This document shows, in pieces, positions 1-9,372 of a stretch of DNA of 52,850 bases. The position numbers and the translations under genes were made by a program. The stretch lies in NCBI GenBank assembly GCA_028281895.1, contig JANQIZ010000040.1:1-52850 (forward strand), in the 5' to 3' direction. The stretch's first letter is position 1; each line of letters begins with the position of its first letter. Source of the DNA: Dehalococcoidia bacterium (GTDB lineage Bacteria > Chloroflexota > Dehalococcoidia > Lucifugimonadales > Lucifugimonadaceae). The notes under the pieces are model-generated. The model was not told the DNA's origin and did no database searches. It saw nothing but the letters and a program-made list of their open reading frames with translations.

Positions 1-1
1 A

Positions 2-541
2 AGCGATGCCGGCTTCATCGAGGTCGACGGCAACATGCGCACCAATGTCGGCGGCGTCTACGCTGTCGGCGATGTGAACGGCAAGCTCGCTCTGGCGCAC
101 GTGGCGTTCGACCAGGGCGTCGTGGCTGCAGAGACGATAGCCGGGCACGAGACGGAGCCGATCGAGGACTACATGTCCATGCCTCGCTGCACATACTGCA
201 ACCCGCAGATCGCATCTATCGGCCTCACAGAGGCGCAGGCAAAAGAGCAGGGCATCAACATCCAGGTTGGCAAGGTGCCGTTCGCTGTGGCTGGCAAGTC
301 GGTCGCTATTGGCGATTCAGACGGCTTCGCCAAGATCATCACGGATGCCGACACTGGCGAAGTGGTCGGCGCTCACGTGATTGGTCCGGAGGCGACTGAG
401 CTGATCGCCGAGATCGGCATGCTGAAGTATCTCGAAGGCACGAACCTGGAGCTGCATCGCCTCACGCACGCTCATCCGACGCTCTCTGAGGCGATCAAGG
501 AGGCCGGAGCACAGGTGACCGGCGAGGCGATCCACTTCTAG
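2..541 (+). CDS. lpdA: dihydrolipoyl dehydrogenase (E3), C-terminal part; 5' end outside window
   Basis: Frame is open from nt 2 (SDAGFIEVDGNMRTNVGGVYAVGDV). It has the FAD-site GD motif and the C-terminal HAHPTLSE His/Glu signature of class I pyridine-nucleotide disulfide oxidoreductases. TAG stop at 539-541. Confidence 0.9.
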   Translation, partial: SDAGFIEVDGNMRTNVGGVYAVGDVNGKLALAHVAFDQGVVAAETIAGHETEPIEDYMSMPRCTYCNPQIASIGLTEAQAKEQGINIQVGKVPFAVAGKSVAIGDSDGFAKIITDADTGEVVGAHVIGPEATELIAEIGMLKYLEGTNLELHRLTHAHPTLSEAIKEAGAQVTGEAIHF

Positions 542-586
542 TTCGTTTGCTAGAGATGAATGGTTCGCTAAACGAATTGCGGAACT

Positions 587-620
587 AAAGGCCCCGGGTG
601 ACCTGTAACCCGGGGCCTTT
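587..620. terminator. GC-rich hairpin between convergent genes (bidirectional terminator candidate)
   Basis: AAAGGCCCCGGGT-gacctgta-ACCCGGGGCCTTT, a perfect 13-bp stem flanked by A and T runs. It lies between the lpdA stop (541) and the stop of the minus-strand gene (634). Confidence 0.75.
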
Positions 621-633
621 GCATGACTGCGGC

Positions 634-1323
634 TTAGTTGGGCAGGCCGAGTCGAACACGCTTCGATGCAGGGAACGGTATGGCCTCGATCGGCGCCTCT
701 GGCGGAGGAGCCTGGATGATTGGTACTGCGTCCTCGTCCGGAATCCCGTCCAGGTTCTTGTCCACGTCGGGCACACCGTCTGAGTCTTCATCGGCCGTGT
801 AGTCGTACACCCGCAGCACGGTTGCCGCGTCTTTGGCGTTGCAGCCATCCGTCCACATCGCGCCGATCATTGTCGTGATGTGCTGGATTTCGCCTCGGGC
901 ATCATCAGCTTCCTTGATGCCATAGCCGATAGCAGAGACATCCCATTTTCTGATTCTGCGGCCTTCGGAGTCGCGGTCAGACCGTCCGATTCGTGCGGTC
1001 CCTTCCATGCCTATCCAGGTGTCTGTTTCTGCCAGGAGCGGGTGCGCCCACGTGGCATCGACATTCTTGAACTCGATCCTGTAGTTCATCGTTCGTAGAT
1101 CGATTGGTGAGAACTGCTCTGTGTATGTCAACGGCGGAGCTTCCGGGTTTCCCGAAGCAGAGTTGCCAACCCACGTGCCGGACGGATTGCAGATGAAACC
1201 TCCGAAGCGTTGGTTCGAGTCTGCGTGGGCATCACGGGCAGTCACCTCTCCACGGACGGCAAATACGCTGATGACGATGGCGGCGAGGAGCCCGAGGGCC
1301 ATGACGCGCCGATTGATGGTCAT
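634..1323 (-). CDS. secreted hypothetical protein with C-terminal thrombospondin type-3-like Ca-binding repeats
   Basis: ATG start. N-terminal signal-like helix (RRVMALGLLAAIVISVFAV). C-terminal DEDSDGVPDVDKNLDGIPDEDA matches the DxDxDGxxDxxD repeat. No family recognised for the core. Confidence 0.6.
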   Translation of the reverse strand: MTINRRVMALGLLAAIVISVFAVRGEVTARDAHADSNQRFGGFICNPSGTWVGNSASGNPEAPPLTYTEQFSPIDLRTMNYRIEFKNVDATWAHPLLAETDTWIGMEGTARIGRSDRDSEGRRIRKWDVSAIGYGIKEADDARGEIQHITTMIGAMWTDGCNAKDAATVLRVYDYTADEDSDGVPDVDKNLDGIPDEDAVPIIQAPPPEAPIEAIPFPASKRVRLGLPN

Positions 1324-1458
1324 CTCTTCCAGTCTCCTTACCAGTGTGTTTGTGAGGCCCAGCTAGAGCCCTGACTGGAGAGAGTGGATGGTGAGAGAGT
1401 CCGCTGGATCACGCGTTCGCGGGAAAGTTCGACGATGATCGCAGCAGCCGGTGGATCA

Positions 1459-3525
1459 CTAGCGATTTGCCTCGGTCCACTTCCTGACAGCCTCAGCGCG
1501 GCTGTTTGCTCCTAGCTTCAGGAAGATGTTCCTGACGTGCGTGTCGATCGTGTAAGGGTGGGTATAAAGCTCGGTGCCGATCTGCTTGTTCGTCATTCCC
1601 TGCGACATCAATGCGATCACTTCTTGCTGGCGCGGAGTAAGGCCGGATTCCGGACTCCCACCGAACTGACTCCGCGGGTGGCGCTTCAGCGTCTCTTTGA
1701 TCCGATCAATGCCGTTGAGTATGCCGTGTTCCTCGGCAAGATTTGCTGCCCAGTTCGCCAGGGCAATGGATGCGTTTGAAGGCTTGGCTCTATTTCCACC
1801 AGAGATCCCGAGCAACGTTTCGGCGATATCGAGCGTCCATAGCCAGATCTTGTTTCGCTGACCGAACCTGACGCCCTTCTTGAGCATTGTTCTAGCTCGT
1901 TCGCGGTCACCCGCATGGAATGTGGTCAGGGCAACGGTGCTGATGAAGATCCACGGAGGGTTGTCGCCGTACAGATCGCGGAACTCATGATCGAATGCGG
2001 TGATGGTTCTTTCATCGCTATCGATGATCGCAAGCTTCGCCGCGGGTTCCATCGCCGCCATCTGTGAGAAGGGTGCGCCCGTGCCGAGAGCGGGTGACTC
2101 AACGATAAGGCGCGCACGGTCGATCAGTTCAGGATTTCCGGTCAGCTCTCCGAGGTCGATGAGCTGCCTGCACCACACCGCTGCAGGAGAGAACCCGATA
2201 GCTACGCGGCCGGGTTCCTTCTCGGGAAGCTTCAGCGCGTTAAGTTTGCCCATCCAGTGCTCGAATCGTTCGGCATCGCCTCGCAAGTACGAGAGCTGAG
2301 CCAGGAGAGATATCGGAATCAGCCATCGAGGCTGCAGGCGGTATGACTCCTCAAGGTGGACGGTCGCCAGATCAAGATCGCCTGAAGAGAATTTCGTTCT
2401 GCCGCGCACCATCTCGCCCAGTGCGGTGTGCTGAGGGTTCTGCGTCCACTCCCCCGCAGCGACCAGGCGAGTACCGATCTCGTACATTCTTTCGAGATCG
2501 CCACTCAACAGGCACAGGTTGACAGCCGTTTCGCACGCATCGAGTTCGGCCAGGCGCTCGGGGTCGGATGTCGATGCCTGGAGCACGATCTGAACGTCTC
2601 GCTCAGCTGCCTCTGGCTCGTTGGCGTAGAACATGATGAACGCTCGCGCTGCGAGCGCTCGCAGATTCAGATCTTCTCGCCCAATGACCTCAGCGTGCCT
2701 GATCGCCTGATCTATGGTTCTGACAGCTGATGTGGAGTCTGCCCGCTCTAGCAGGTAGGCGCGGGCGAGGCGAGTCTTGATCAATGCTGCGTGCTCAGGA
2801 TGCTCCTCTGCGAGGCCAGCCGCCGACTCCAGGAAGCGAACGGTCGTGTCTCGCCCGTGTGTCGCTGGCAAAGGCAAGCCCGCTACATGCAACGCCGCGT
2901 CCATGTTTCCTGTCTCGGCATGAGCGAGCATTGCGCTTTCGAGTGTTCTGGCAACCGGTTTGCTGCCCCAGACCTCAATCGTTGCCAGTTGAACCTTGCC
3001 GAGCATCGTCAGGAGTCGTGCCTGCAGTACGGTTGCTCTTCCCCTTCCGATCAGATCGAGTCCACTTTCAAGCAGATCGCCAGCGGCTTTGTGCTCGCCT
3101 CGACGATAAAGAATCTCTCCCGCAGCCAGACATCGGGCTGCAGCGTCAGACGGCTCGATAAGTGGCACCGCGCCGATGAAGTGAGAGACAGCAGCGATAG
3201 TCGCCTCGTCATCAGCTTCGCCGTCTCTTGCCAGGATCGCATTCGCAACGGCCAGATGCTGCCTTGCACGGTCTGCGGCGCTAAGGCGACTGGCTAGGTC
3301 ACCGCGCGCTTGGTCTGAGGCGAAACGCAAACTGCCGTCGTCTGTCTCCTCTAGAAGCCCATTGCTGAGCAAGCCCTGCAGGGCTTCGAAGGCTGGTATG
3401 CGCTCTTCATCAGGGAAGGCGTGCAGAATCAGCGTGCAGCCGGCTTGATCTCCGGCAACCGCGACAAAGGCGAGAACTTCAGATTCGAAGTCGGCCTGTT
3501 CGCTGCGGTTTTGACCGTTGGGCAT
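1459..3525 (-). CDS. LuxR/GerE-family transcriptional regulator with long helical-repeat N-terminal region
   Basis: C-terminal HTH LTPRQQEVIALMSQGMTNKQIGTELYTHPYTIDTHVRNIFLKLG. About 600 aa of Leu/Ala-rich TPR-like sequence upstream. No Walker A motif seen. The ATG start lies 6 nt after the ctaG stop. Confidence 0.8.
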   Translation of the reverse strand: MPNGQNRSEQADFESEVLAFVAVAGDQAGCTLILHAFPDEERIPAFEALQGLLSNGLLEETDDGSLRFASDQARGDLASRLSAADRARQHLAVANAILARDGEADDEATIAAVSHFIGAVPLIEPSDAAARCLAAGEILYRRGEHKAAGDLLESGLDLIGRGRATVLQARLLTMLGKVQLATIEVWGSKPVARTLESAMLAHAETGNMDAALHVAGLPLPATHGRDTTVRFLESAAGLAEEHPEHAALIKTRLARAYLLERADSTSAVRTIDQAIRHAEVIGREDLNLRALAARAFIMFYANEPEAAERDVQIVLQASTSDPERLAELDACETAVNLCLLSGDLERMYEIGTRLVAAGEWTQNPQHTALGEMVRGRTKFSSGDLDLATVHLEESYRLQPRWLIPISLLAQLSYLRGDAERFEHWMGKLNALKLPEKEPGRVAIGFSPAAVWCRQLIDLGELTGNPELIDRARLIVESPALGTGAPFSQMAAMEPAAKLAIIDSDERTITAFDHEFRDLYGDNPPWIFISTVALTTFHAGDRERARTMLKKGVRFGQRNKIWLWTLDIAETLLGISGGNRAKPSNASIALANWAANLAEEHGILNGIDRIKETLKRHPRSQFGGSPESGLTPRQQEVIALMSQGMTNKQIGTELYTHPYTIDTHVRNIFLKLGANSRAEAVRKWTEANR

Positions 3526-3531
3526 GGCTGC

Positions 3532-4482
3532 TCACTGTCCGGGTGGGCCTTGCAGTGTGCCGCCGCGTTGTGGGCGCGGGCCTCTTCTGCGAGGACGCGG
3601 ACGGGGATTTGCAGTCACGGCTGCCTTCGATTCCCTGGACGCCCATGTGAAGAAGATGGCGGTGAGCGCGGCTAGGTAGAGTGCGTTGCCCGGAATCCAC
3701 AGGATCAGCCCGGCCATCGTCTGATCTTCAAGAGCGGTGAAGCCCCAGTGCATTGGCGCTGAGAGATAGTTCTCATAGATCACGCTGCGCGTCATCGTGA
3801 TGATCGATGCGAGCACAGCCGTTGGGGTGACTACCACCAGCAGGTAGATGAGGCGTTGCGGGTACGAGAGCTTCGATCGCACGGGCGCGGGTCCGATGAT
3901 TGGCCACCAGAACAGTGCTGCCGATGCGAAGAACGTGAAGTGCTGCAGGTAGTGGAAGTACGTGCTGTCCAGTGCCGCCTTGAACAGGAGAGGTGCGTGC
4001 CATGCGTACAGAGTGCCGATGAAGAGAGGGACGGTTACACGTGGATCGATGAGCCAGCTGAGCGTTCGGCGGACCCGGCCCTGCTCTCTCAGTAACTCGC
4101 CTGCTCCGATCCTGACCGTCTCAGGCATCGCCCACAGGTAGGCAGGCATGGGCGTGGCGAGCAGCAGTAGCGGAGCGCTGATCATCGAGATGATCAGGTG
4201 CTGGATCATGTGCAGCCAGAACACCTCGGGCGCGAATGCGTCGAAAGGTCCGGCGAGAGCGATAAAGAGAGATGCGAATCCCGCTATTCCGGCGTAGAGC
4301 CGCTTCATATCGAACGCTGCGGCCCTGGAGCGTGCCCGGAGGCGGACAGAGCCAAAGATGAAGACAGCGGCGGCTATCAGCACGAAGATGGCAGCGGCGT
4401 CGACAACATCCCATCTGCTGATGAGATCTCCGAACGAGTCAGCGGCGGCAGACACCTGCGCATCGGTGCTTTCATCCGGCAT
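3532..4482 (-). CDS. ctaG: cytochrome c oxidase assembly factor CtaG (Bacillus caa3 type), membrane protein
   Basis: Polytopic membrane protein with the HMIQHLIISMISAPLLLLATP motif typical of the caa3_CtaG family. It sits at the end of the oxidase operon. Confidence 0.75.
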   Translation of the reverse strand: MPDESTDAQVSAAADSFGDLISRWDVVDAAAIFVLIAAAVFIFGSVRLRARSRAAAFDMKRLYAGIAGFASLFIALAGPFDAFAPEVFWLHMIQHLIISMISAPLLLLATPMPAYLWAMPETVRIGAGELLREQGRVRRTLSWLIDPRVTVPLFIGTLYAWHAPLLFKAALDSTYFHYLQHFTFFASAALFWWPIIGPAPVRSKLSYPQRLIYLLVVVTPTAVLASIITMTRSVIYENYLSAPMHWGFTALEDQTMAGLILWIPGNALYLAALTAIFFTWASRESKAAVTANPRPRPRRRGPRPQRGGTLQGPPGQ

Positions 4483-4608
4483 TCGAGACGAGCCTCCGTG
4501 AAGCGTTCCGCGGTGGGATCTGATGCGTGCACACCAATGGTACGCGCGGATACGCTGCCCTGGCGGTCACAGGCACAGGAAAAACTGCGATTGCGCGTTG
4601 GAGCGGGC

Positions 4609-5055
4609 CTAGACTCCGGTGCCGTGGTGCCTCTGCAGGAGCAGCAAGGCGAGGAATACGCCGATTCCCAGGAACATCGCCGCGGTGAAGATCCATGCGT
4701 AGTACTTGCGCTCGAATCGCAGGTGCATGAAGAAGGCGACGACGAGTATGAACTTGACCACCGACAGGGCCAGCATGATGGCGTTACGCCCCGACGCTCC
4801 GAATGCCTCGATGGTGAACAGACGCCACTCAAGGAAGGTGAAGATGGAGAGTATGACGGCGATAACCAGGTATCCGCGAACAGACGCGTGTGAGACTCCT
4901 GCGTAGGTCAGGAAGTCCCACGCCTGCTTGAACCATGGATCGCCAATCGGCCCTTCACGCTGCGGGTCAGGGTCTTCCTGGTGGGTCTTCGGCAGGTTCC
5001 ACCAGCCCTTGCCATCGTGGGTGAGCATGCTCTGTTTCTGGTTTTCGTCTGCCAT
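4609..5055 (-). CDS. cytochrome c oxidase subunit IV (prokaryotic COX4/CyoD-like)
   Basis: Three predicted TM helices and a VVKFILVVAFFMHL motif. It sits directly after subunit III. ATG start. Confidence 0.65.
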   Translation of the reverse strand: MADENQKQSMLTHDGKGWWNLPKTHQEDPDPQREGPIGDPWFKQAWDFLTYAGVSHASVRGYLVIAVILSIFTFLEWRLFTIEAFGASGRNAIMLALSVVKFILVVAFFMHLRFERKYYAWIFTAAMFLGIGVFLALLLLQRHHGTGV

Positions 5056-5098
5056 GCGTCGGGTTCTCTAGTTGGTCAGCCTGATGTGCGCGGTCTTG

Positions 5099-5761
5099 CT
5101 ATCCGTGATGGATGAACGGTGGCGCTCCAGGTGGTGCGCCGTCATTTGCGGTAACGAGATACACAACCGTGAAGATCACGATCCAGACGATGTCAACGAA
5201 GTGCCAGTAGAGGCCTGCTATCTCAAGGTCCAGTGCGTTATCTGAGCGCAGCGTTCCCTTGAAGTGGCCAAAGAGCATGAACAGCAGCCAGATGACACCG
5301 ACGGTGACGTGAGCTCCATGGAAGCCCGTGAGGATGAAGAATGTGGTGCCGAAGATATTGGTGCGCGGTGTCAGTCCTTCATTCACGAAGGTCTGGAACT
5401 CAACCACCTGGAATATCAGGAAGACGCCACCCAGCGCTGCGGTCGCCGCAATCCAGAATCGCGCCGGTCCCTTGGAATCTTCACGCGTGTAGTGAAGCGC
5501 CAGCACCATGGCCAGCGATGACATGAGCAGGACGAACGTTGAGATCGTCGTGATCGGGATGTCCAGGACGTTTTCCGGGTACGGGCCGACAAGGCTCCGG
5601 TTCCGGTAGATGAGGTACGTGGCGATGAACGTTCCGAAGAACATCACATCGGATGCCAGGAACGCCCACATCAGGAGCTTGCGATTGCTCAGTCCTGTCG
5701 ACGTGTTGTACGTCGGGTCATGAACCTCGCCGTGGTATTCGGTTATTGCTTCCTGCGCCAA
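5099..5761 (-). CDS. ctaE: cytochrome c oxidase subunit III
   Basis: Conserved subunit III segments TGFHGAHVTVGVIWLL and GLYWHFVDIVWIVIF. The start codon is TTG. Confidence 0.9.
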   Translation of the reverse strand: MAQEAITEYHGEVHDPTYNTSTGLSNRKLLMWAFLASDVMFFGTFIATYLIYRNRSLVGPYPENVLDIPITTISTFVLLMSSLAMVLALHYTREDSKGPARFWIAATAALGGVFLIFQVVEFQTFVNEGLTPRTNIFGTTFFILTGFHGAHVTVGVIWLLFMLFGHFKGTLRSDNALDLEIAGLYWHFVDIVWIVIFTVVYLVTANDGAPPGAPPFIHHG

Positions 5762-5810
5762 GTTAGCCGTTCCAGTCGATCAAGCGTTTCGCGTTGTCAG
5801 CAAATCGTGG

Positions 5811-7730
5811 TTAGTGTTCTGCTTCCGGGTCAGGGTCGTTCACAGGCTCGAGCGACCAGCCGATGATTCCCCATAGACCGAGGATTCCACCGACGATGAT
5901 CACCCAGTATCCGGCCATGAGTCCACCCATGCCGATCGTCGTTCCGGCAGCAGCCATGATCGGGTAGTAGGACATGTCAGGCAGGTGAATGCCATGCCCG
6001 CCGTGGCCATCGTGACCGTCTTCTTCATGAGACTCCGCTGCCTCAGCATCGTCCTGTGCGCCTGAAGGGGCCGGGTGCCCGTCCTCGTGCTCAAGCAGCT
6101 CAGGGTACTTCTGGTACCAGAAGTCGTCCCGGTACTCCACCTGAGGGATCTCTGCGAAGTTGTAGTGAGGCGGAGGCGAAGATATCGACCACTCGAGCGT
6201 GCGAGCGTCCCACGGGTCGTTTCCAGCCTCAACCCGGTTGGCAGGCCTGCGGCTGTACCAGATGTTGTAGATGAAGAGCAGCATTCCGAGTGCGATCACG
6301 AATCCACCGATGGATGCGAGGAGGTTGAGGCTCTCCCAGCCCTGATCAGAGGAGTAAGTGAAGATTCTGCGAGGCATGCCGTCCATTCCGAGCCAATGCA
6401 TCGGAGCGAACTGGAGATTGAAGCCCAGGAGGAGCAGGAACCAGACGCCGTATCCAATCTTCTCGTTGAGCATGTAGCCGTTCATCTTCGGCCACCAGAA
6501 GTACATGCCGCTGAAGATCGCCATCATGGCGCCTCCGAACAGCACGTAGTGGAAGTGGGCAACGACGAAGTACGTGTCTTGCTGCTGCGCATCGCTCGGC
6601 GCAGAGGCGTGCATAACTCCGCTGAGTCCGCCGATCGTGAACATGGCGATGAATGAGATCGAGAACAGCATCGGAACGGTCAGTTTGATGGAGCCGCGGA
6701 CCATCGTCGCCATCCAGTTCAGGATCTTGACTCCTGTGGGAATGGCGATCGCCATGGTCGATATGGCGAAGGCGGATGTGGCTGCAGGTCCAAGGCCAAC
6801 CGTGAACATGTGGTGCGCCCACACGAACCAGCCGAGGAAGGCGATGCCGATGCCTGAATATATGACGAACTCGTAGCCGAAGAGCGGCTTGCGTGAGAAC
6901 GTCGGAAGCACTTCAGAGACGATTCCCATCGCGGGGAGAATCAGGATATAGACCTCGGGATGGCCGAATAGCCAGAACATGTGCTGCCACAGGACCGGGT
7001 CGGCGCCTGCGAGGGAGTTGTAGAAGTTGGTGCCGTAGAGGCGGTCGACACCGATCTGGATCAGGGCCACACCGATAACCGGAATGGCGAGCACCAGCAG
7101 GATGGAGGTGATGAGCGTCATCCAGGTAAAGACCGGCATCTTGAACAGGCTCATGCCCGGCGCACGCATGTTGAAGATGGTGACGGTGAAGTTCAGACCG
7201 GCGGCGATGGATGCGACTCCAAGGATGCTGAGGCCAATCGCCCAGAAGGTCATACCCGAGCCGGCGTTGAATGTGATTCCGGAGTTCGGGGCGTAGCCGA
7301 ACCATCCGCCGTTCGGCGAATCTCCGGTGAACCAGCCGACGTTTAGCAGGATGCTGCCGAACAGGAACAGCCAGTAGCTGAGCGCGTTCATGCGCGGGAA
7401 GGCCACGTCACGTGCGCCGATCTGTAGTGGGACAAGCCAGTTAAAGAACGCCGCGCTAAGTGGCATGACCACGAGGAAGACCATCGTGGTGCCGTGCATC
7501 GTGAACAGCTGGTTGAAGGTCTCTGCGCCGATCAGAGTGCTGTCTGCTGTCGCCAGCTGCAGGCGAATCAGCAGCGCCTCCAGGCCGCCGATCAGCAGCC
7601 AGATGAAGGACGTGATCAGGTAAAGCGTGCCGATGCGCTTGTGATCAACCGTGCCGATCCAGCTCCAGATGCCGTGCTCGCTCTTCGGCCGGTCCCATAT
7701 TCGCGGTATAGACAGCGTGGTCGTCGTCAC
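5811..7730 (-). CDS. ctaD: cytochrome c oxidase subunit I with about 95-aa C-terminal extension
   Basis: Heme-copper oxidase signatures WLFGHPEVYILILP, WAHHMFTVG and VVAHFHYVL. GTG start. The C-terminus adds a His/acid-rich linker plus two hydrophobic helices. Confidence 0.95.
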   Translation of the reverse strand: MTTTTLSIPRIWDRPKSEHGIWSWIGTVDHKRIGTLYLITSFIWLLIGGLEALLIRLQLATADSTLIGAETFNQLFTMHGTTMVFLVVMPLSAAFFNWLVPLQIGARDVAFPRMNALSYWLFLFGSILLNVGWFTGDSPNGGWFGYAPNSGITFNAGSGMTFWAIGLSILGVASIAAGLNFTVTIFNMRAPGMSLFKMPVFTWMTLITSILLVLAIPVIGVALIQIGVDRLYGTNFYNSLAGADPVLWQHMFWLFGHPEVYILILPAMGIVSEVLPTFSRKPLFGYEFVIYSGIGIAFLGWFVWAHHMFTVGLGPAATSAFAISTMAIAIPTGVKILNWMATMVRGSIKLTVPMLFSISFIAMFTIGGLSGVMHASAPSDAQQQDTYFVVAHFHYVLFGGAMMAIFSGMYFWWPKMNGYMLNEKIGYGVWFLLLLGFNLQFAPMHWLGMDGMPRRIFTYSSDQGWESLNLLASIGGFVIALGMLLFIYNIWYSRRPANRVEAGNDPWDARTLEWSISSPPPHYNFAEIPQVEYRDDFWYQKYPELLEHEDGHPAPSGAQDDAEAAESHEEDGHDGHGGHGIHLPDMSYYPIMAAAGTTIGMGGLMAGYWVIIVGGILGLWGIIGWSLEPVNDPDPEAEH

Positions 7731-7741
7731 AGATATCTCCG

Positions 7742-9181
7742 CTAGTTGAGCGTCTTCAAGTAGGCCACGAGGCCTGCGATCTGTTCAGTGGAAAGGCTCG
7801 AGCCGAAGCTCGAAGGCATTATGTTCTGGTATCCGTCTGCGATAATCGCACCAGGCTCAACGATTGACTCCTTGATGTAGGAGTCTGCATTGCCGCCAGG
7901 AGCTCGACCAGCGATACCGGCGAGCCCTGGTCCAACAATCGAATCAGATCCGGTGCTGTGGCAGGAAGCGCAGTTCGATACGAATACTGCCTGGCCCACC
8001 TCCACAGGATCGCCACTAACTACTGGAGTCGGTGTGGGCTCAGCATCTGCAGATACAGGCCGGAGCGAGAGCAGGAAGTCGGCTATGGCGCCGATCTCGT
8101 CGTTCGTCAGGTTCGCCTTCCCACCCTTGTAGACCAGGGCGTGCTCTTCCATGCGAGTCTCAGGCTTCAGGTTGCCCGGGTCCTCGATCCATTCGACAAG
8201 CGTTTGCCTGTCCAGGTCACGAATGCCTGCTCCGATCGTCAGCCGCGTGCCGAAGTGAGTCAGGTTTGGAGCTGAAACGATAGATGCGTTCTCGATATCG
8301 GCGAGCCAGCCCTGCCAGCGGCCGTCCTGCAATGAAATCTCGCTGGTGTACGCACCCTCGCGGTAGCTATCGATCGTGTGGCAGGAGCTGCAGTGCTGTC
8401 CGAACAGCCTCTGGCCGTCAACAGCCGCGCCCGTTGGTGCGGCTGGTGGACGCTGCATACCGGCGACCCATGCCTCGTAGTCCTCTGCCGGCTCCGCGAT
8501 CACGCGGAAGCGCATAAGGCCGTGGGCGACGCCGCAGAACTCGGCACACTGCCCGTAGAAGACACCCGGCTCATCAGCCCTGAACCAGAGCTCGTTATCC
8601 CGATTGGGGACCATGTCCACCTTGCCGAAGAGCTTCGGCACCCAGAAAGAGTGGATCACATCCTGCGATTCGAGCTTGACGATGACGTTCTTGCCAACCG
8701 GAACACGAAGCTCGTTGGCCGTCACGACCTCTTCTTCCGGATACCTGAATTCGAACCACCACTGGTGCCCGATCGCCTCGACAGTCATCGAAGGTTCGTC
8801 TGCCGGAGCCTCTGCAAGGTCCCAGATGGCGATCACGGTGGGGATGGCGATAGCGATGATGATGAGCGTTGGGATAAAGGTCCAGGTGAGCTCAAGCTTG
8901 GTGTTGCCGTGCGTCTGCACCGGCATCTCATCAGAGTCGCTGCGGCTGCGGTACTTGAGCGTGATCCAGATGATTCCGCCTTCGACGATGATGAAGACGA
9001 CTACCGCGATCCAGAAGATGAACTTGAAGAGGTCCGCCTGTTGTTCGGCGACCGGTCCGGCAGTGTCGAAAGTGTCCTGCGGGTTGTTTGATGCGCAACC
9101 GGCAATGAACGCGGCTGCCGCAGGTATAAGAAACAGGAGCAGTTTGCGACGCGAAAGACGGGGCAGGAGGTTATGAAACAT
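7742..9181 (-). CDS. ctaC: cytochrome c oxidase subunit II fused to two c-type cytochrome domains
   Basis: Lipoprotein-like signal (AAAAFIAGC). CuA site HSFW...CAEFCGVAHGLM. Two heme-c motifs: CSSCH (nt 8378-8392) and CASCH (nt 7958-7972). Confidence 0.9.
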   Translation of the reverse strand: MFHNLLPRLSRRKLLLFLIPAAAAFIAGCASNNPQDTFDTAGPVAEQQADLFKFIFWIAVVVFIIVEGGIIWITLKYRSRSDSDEMPVQTHGNTKLELTWTFIPTLIIIAIAIPTVIAIWDLAEAPADEPSMTVEAIGHQWWFEFRYPEEEVVTANELRVPVGKNVIVKLESQDVIHSFWVPKLFGKVDMVPNRDNELWFRADEPGVFYGQCAEFCGVAHGLMRFRVIAEPAEDYEAWVAGMQRPPAAPTGAAVDGQRLFGQHCSSCHTIDSYREGAYTSEISLQDGRWQGWLADIENASIVSAPNLTHFGTRLTIGAGIRDLDRQTLVEWIEDPGNLKPETRMEEHALVYKGGKANLTNDEIGAIADFLLSLRPVSADAEPTPTPVVSGDPVEVGQAVFVSNCASCHSTGSDSIVGPGLAGIAGRAPGGNADSYIKESIVEPGAIIADGYQNIMPSSFGSSLSTEQIAGLVAYLKTLN

Positions 9182-9372
9182 CTAGTCTGCGGACAGCCTG
9201 GCTATAGTCGGATTGATCGTGGCCCGCGGGGGCACATCCGATTTGTGCACTTTTTCTCAAGCGCCGGTGAGGATAGCATCCTGCCATACTCACACGCAAC
9301 GGTTTCAGCGAACGGAGAGCGAGCCTTCAGGGTCGTTCATGCAGGCAGATTTCAGGTGGCGAGAAAAACGAA

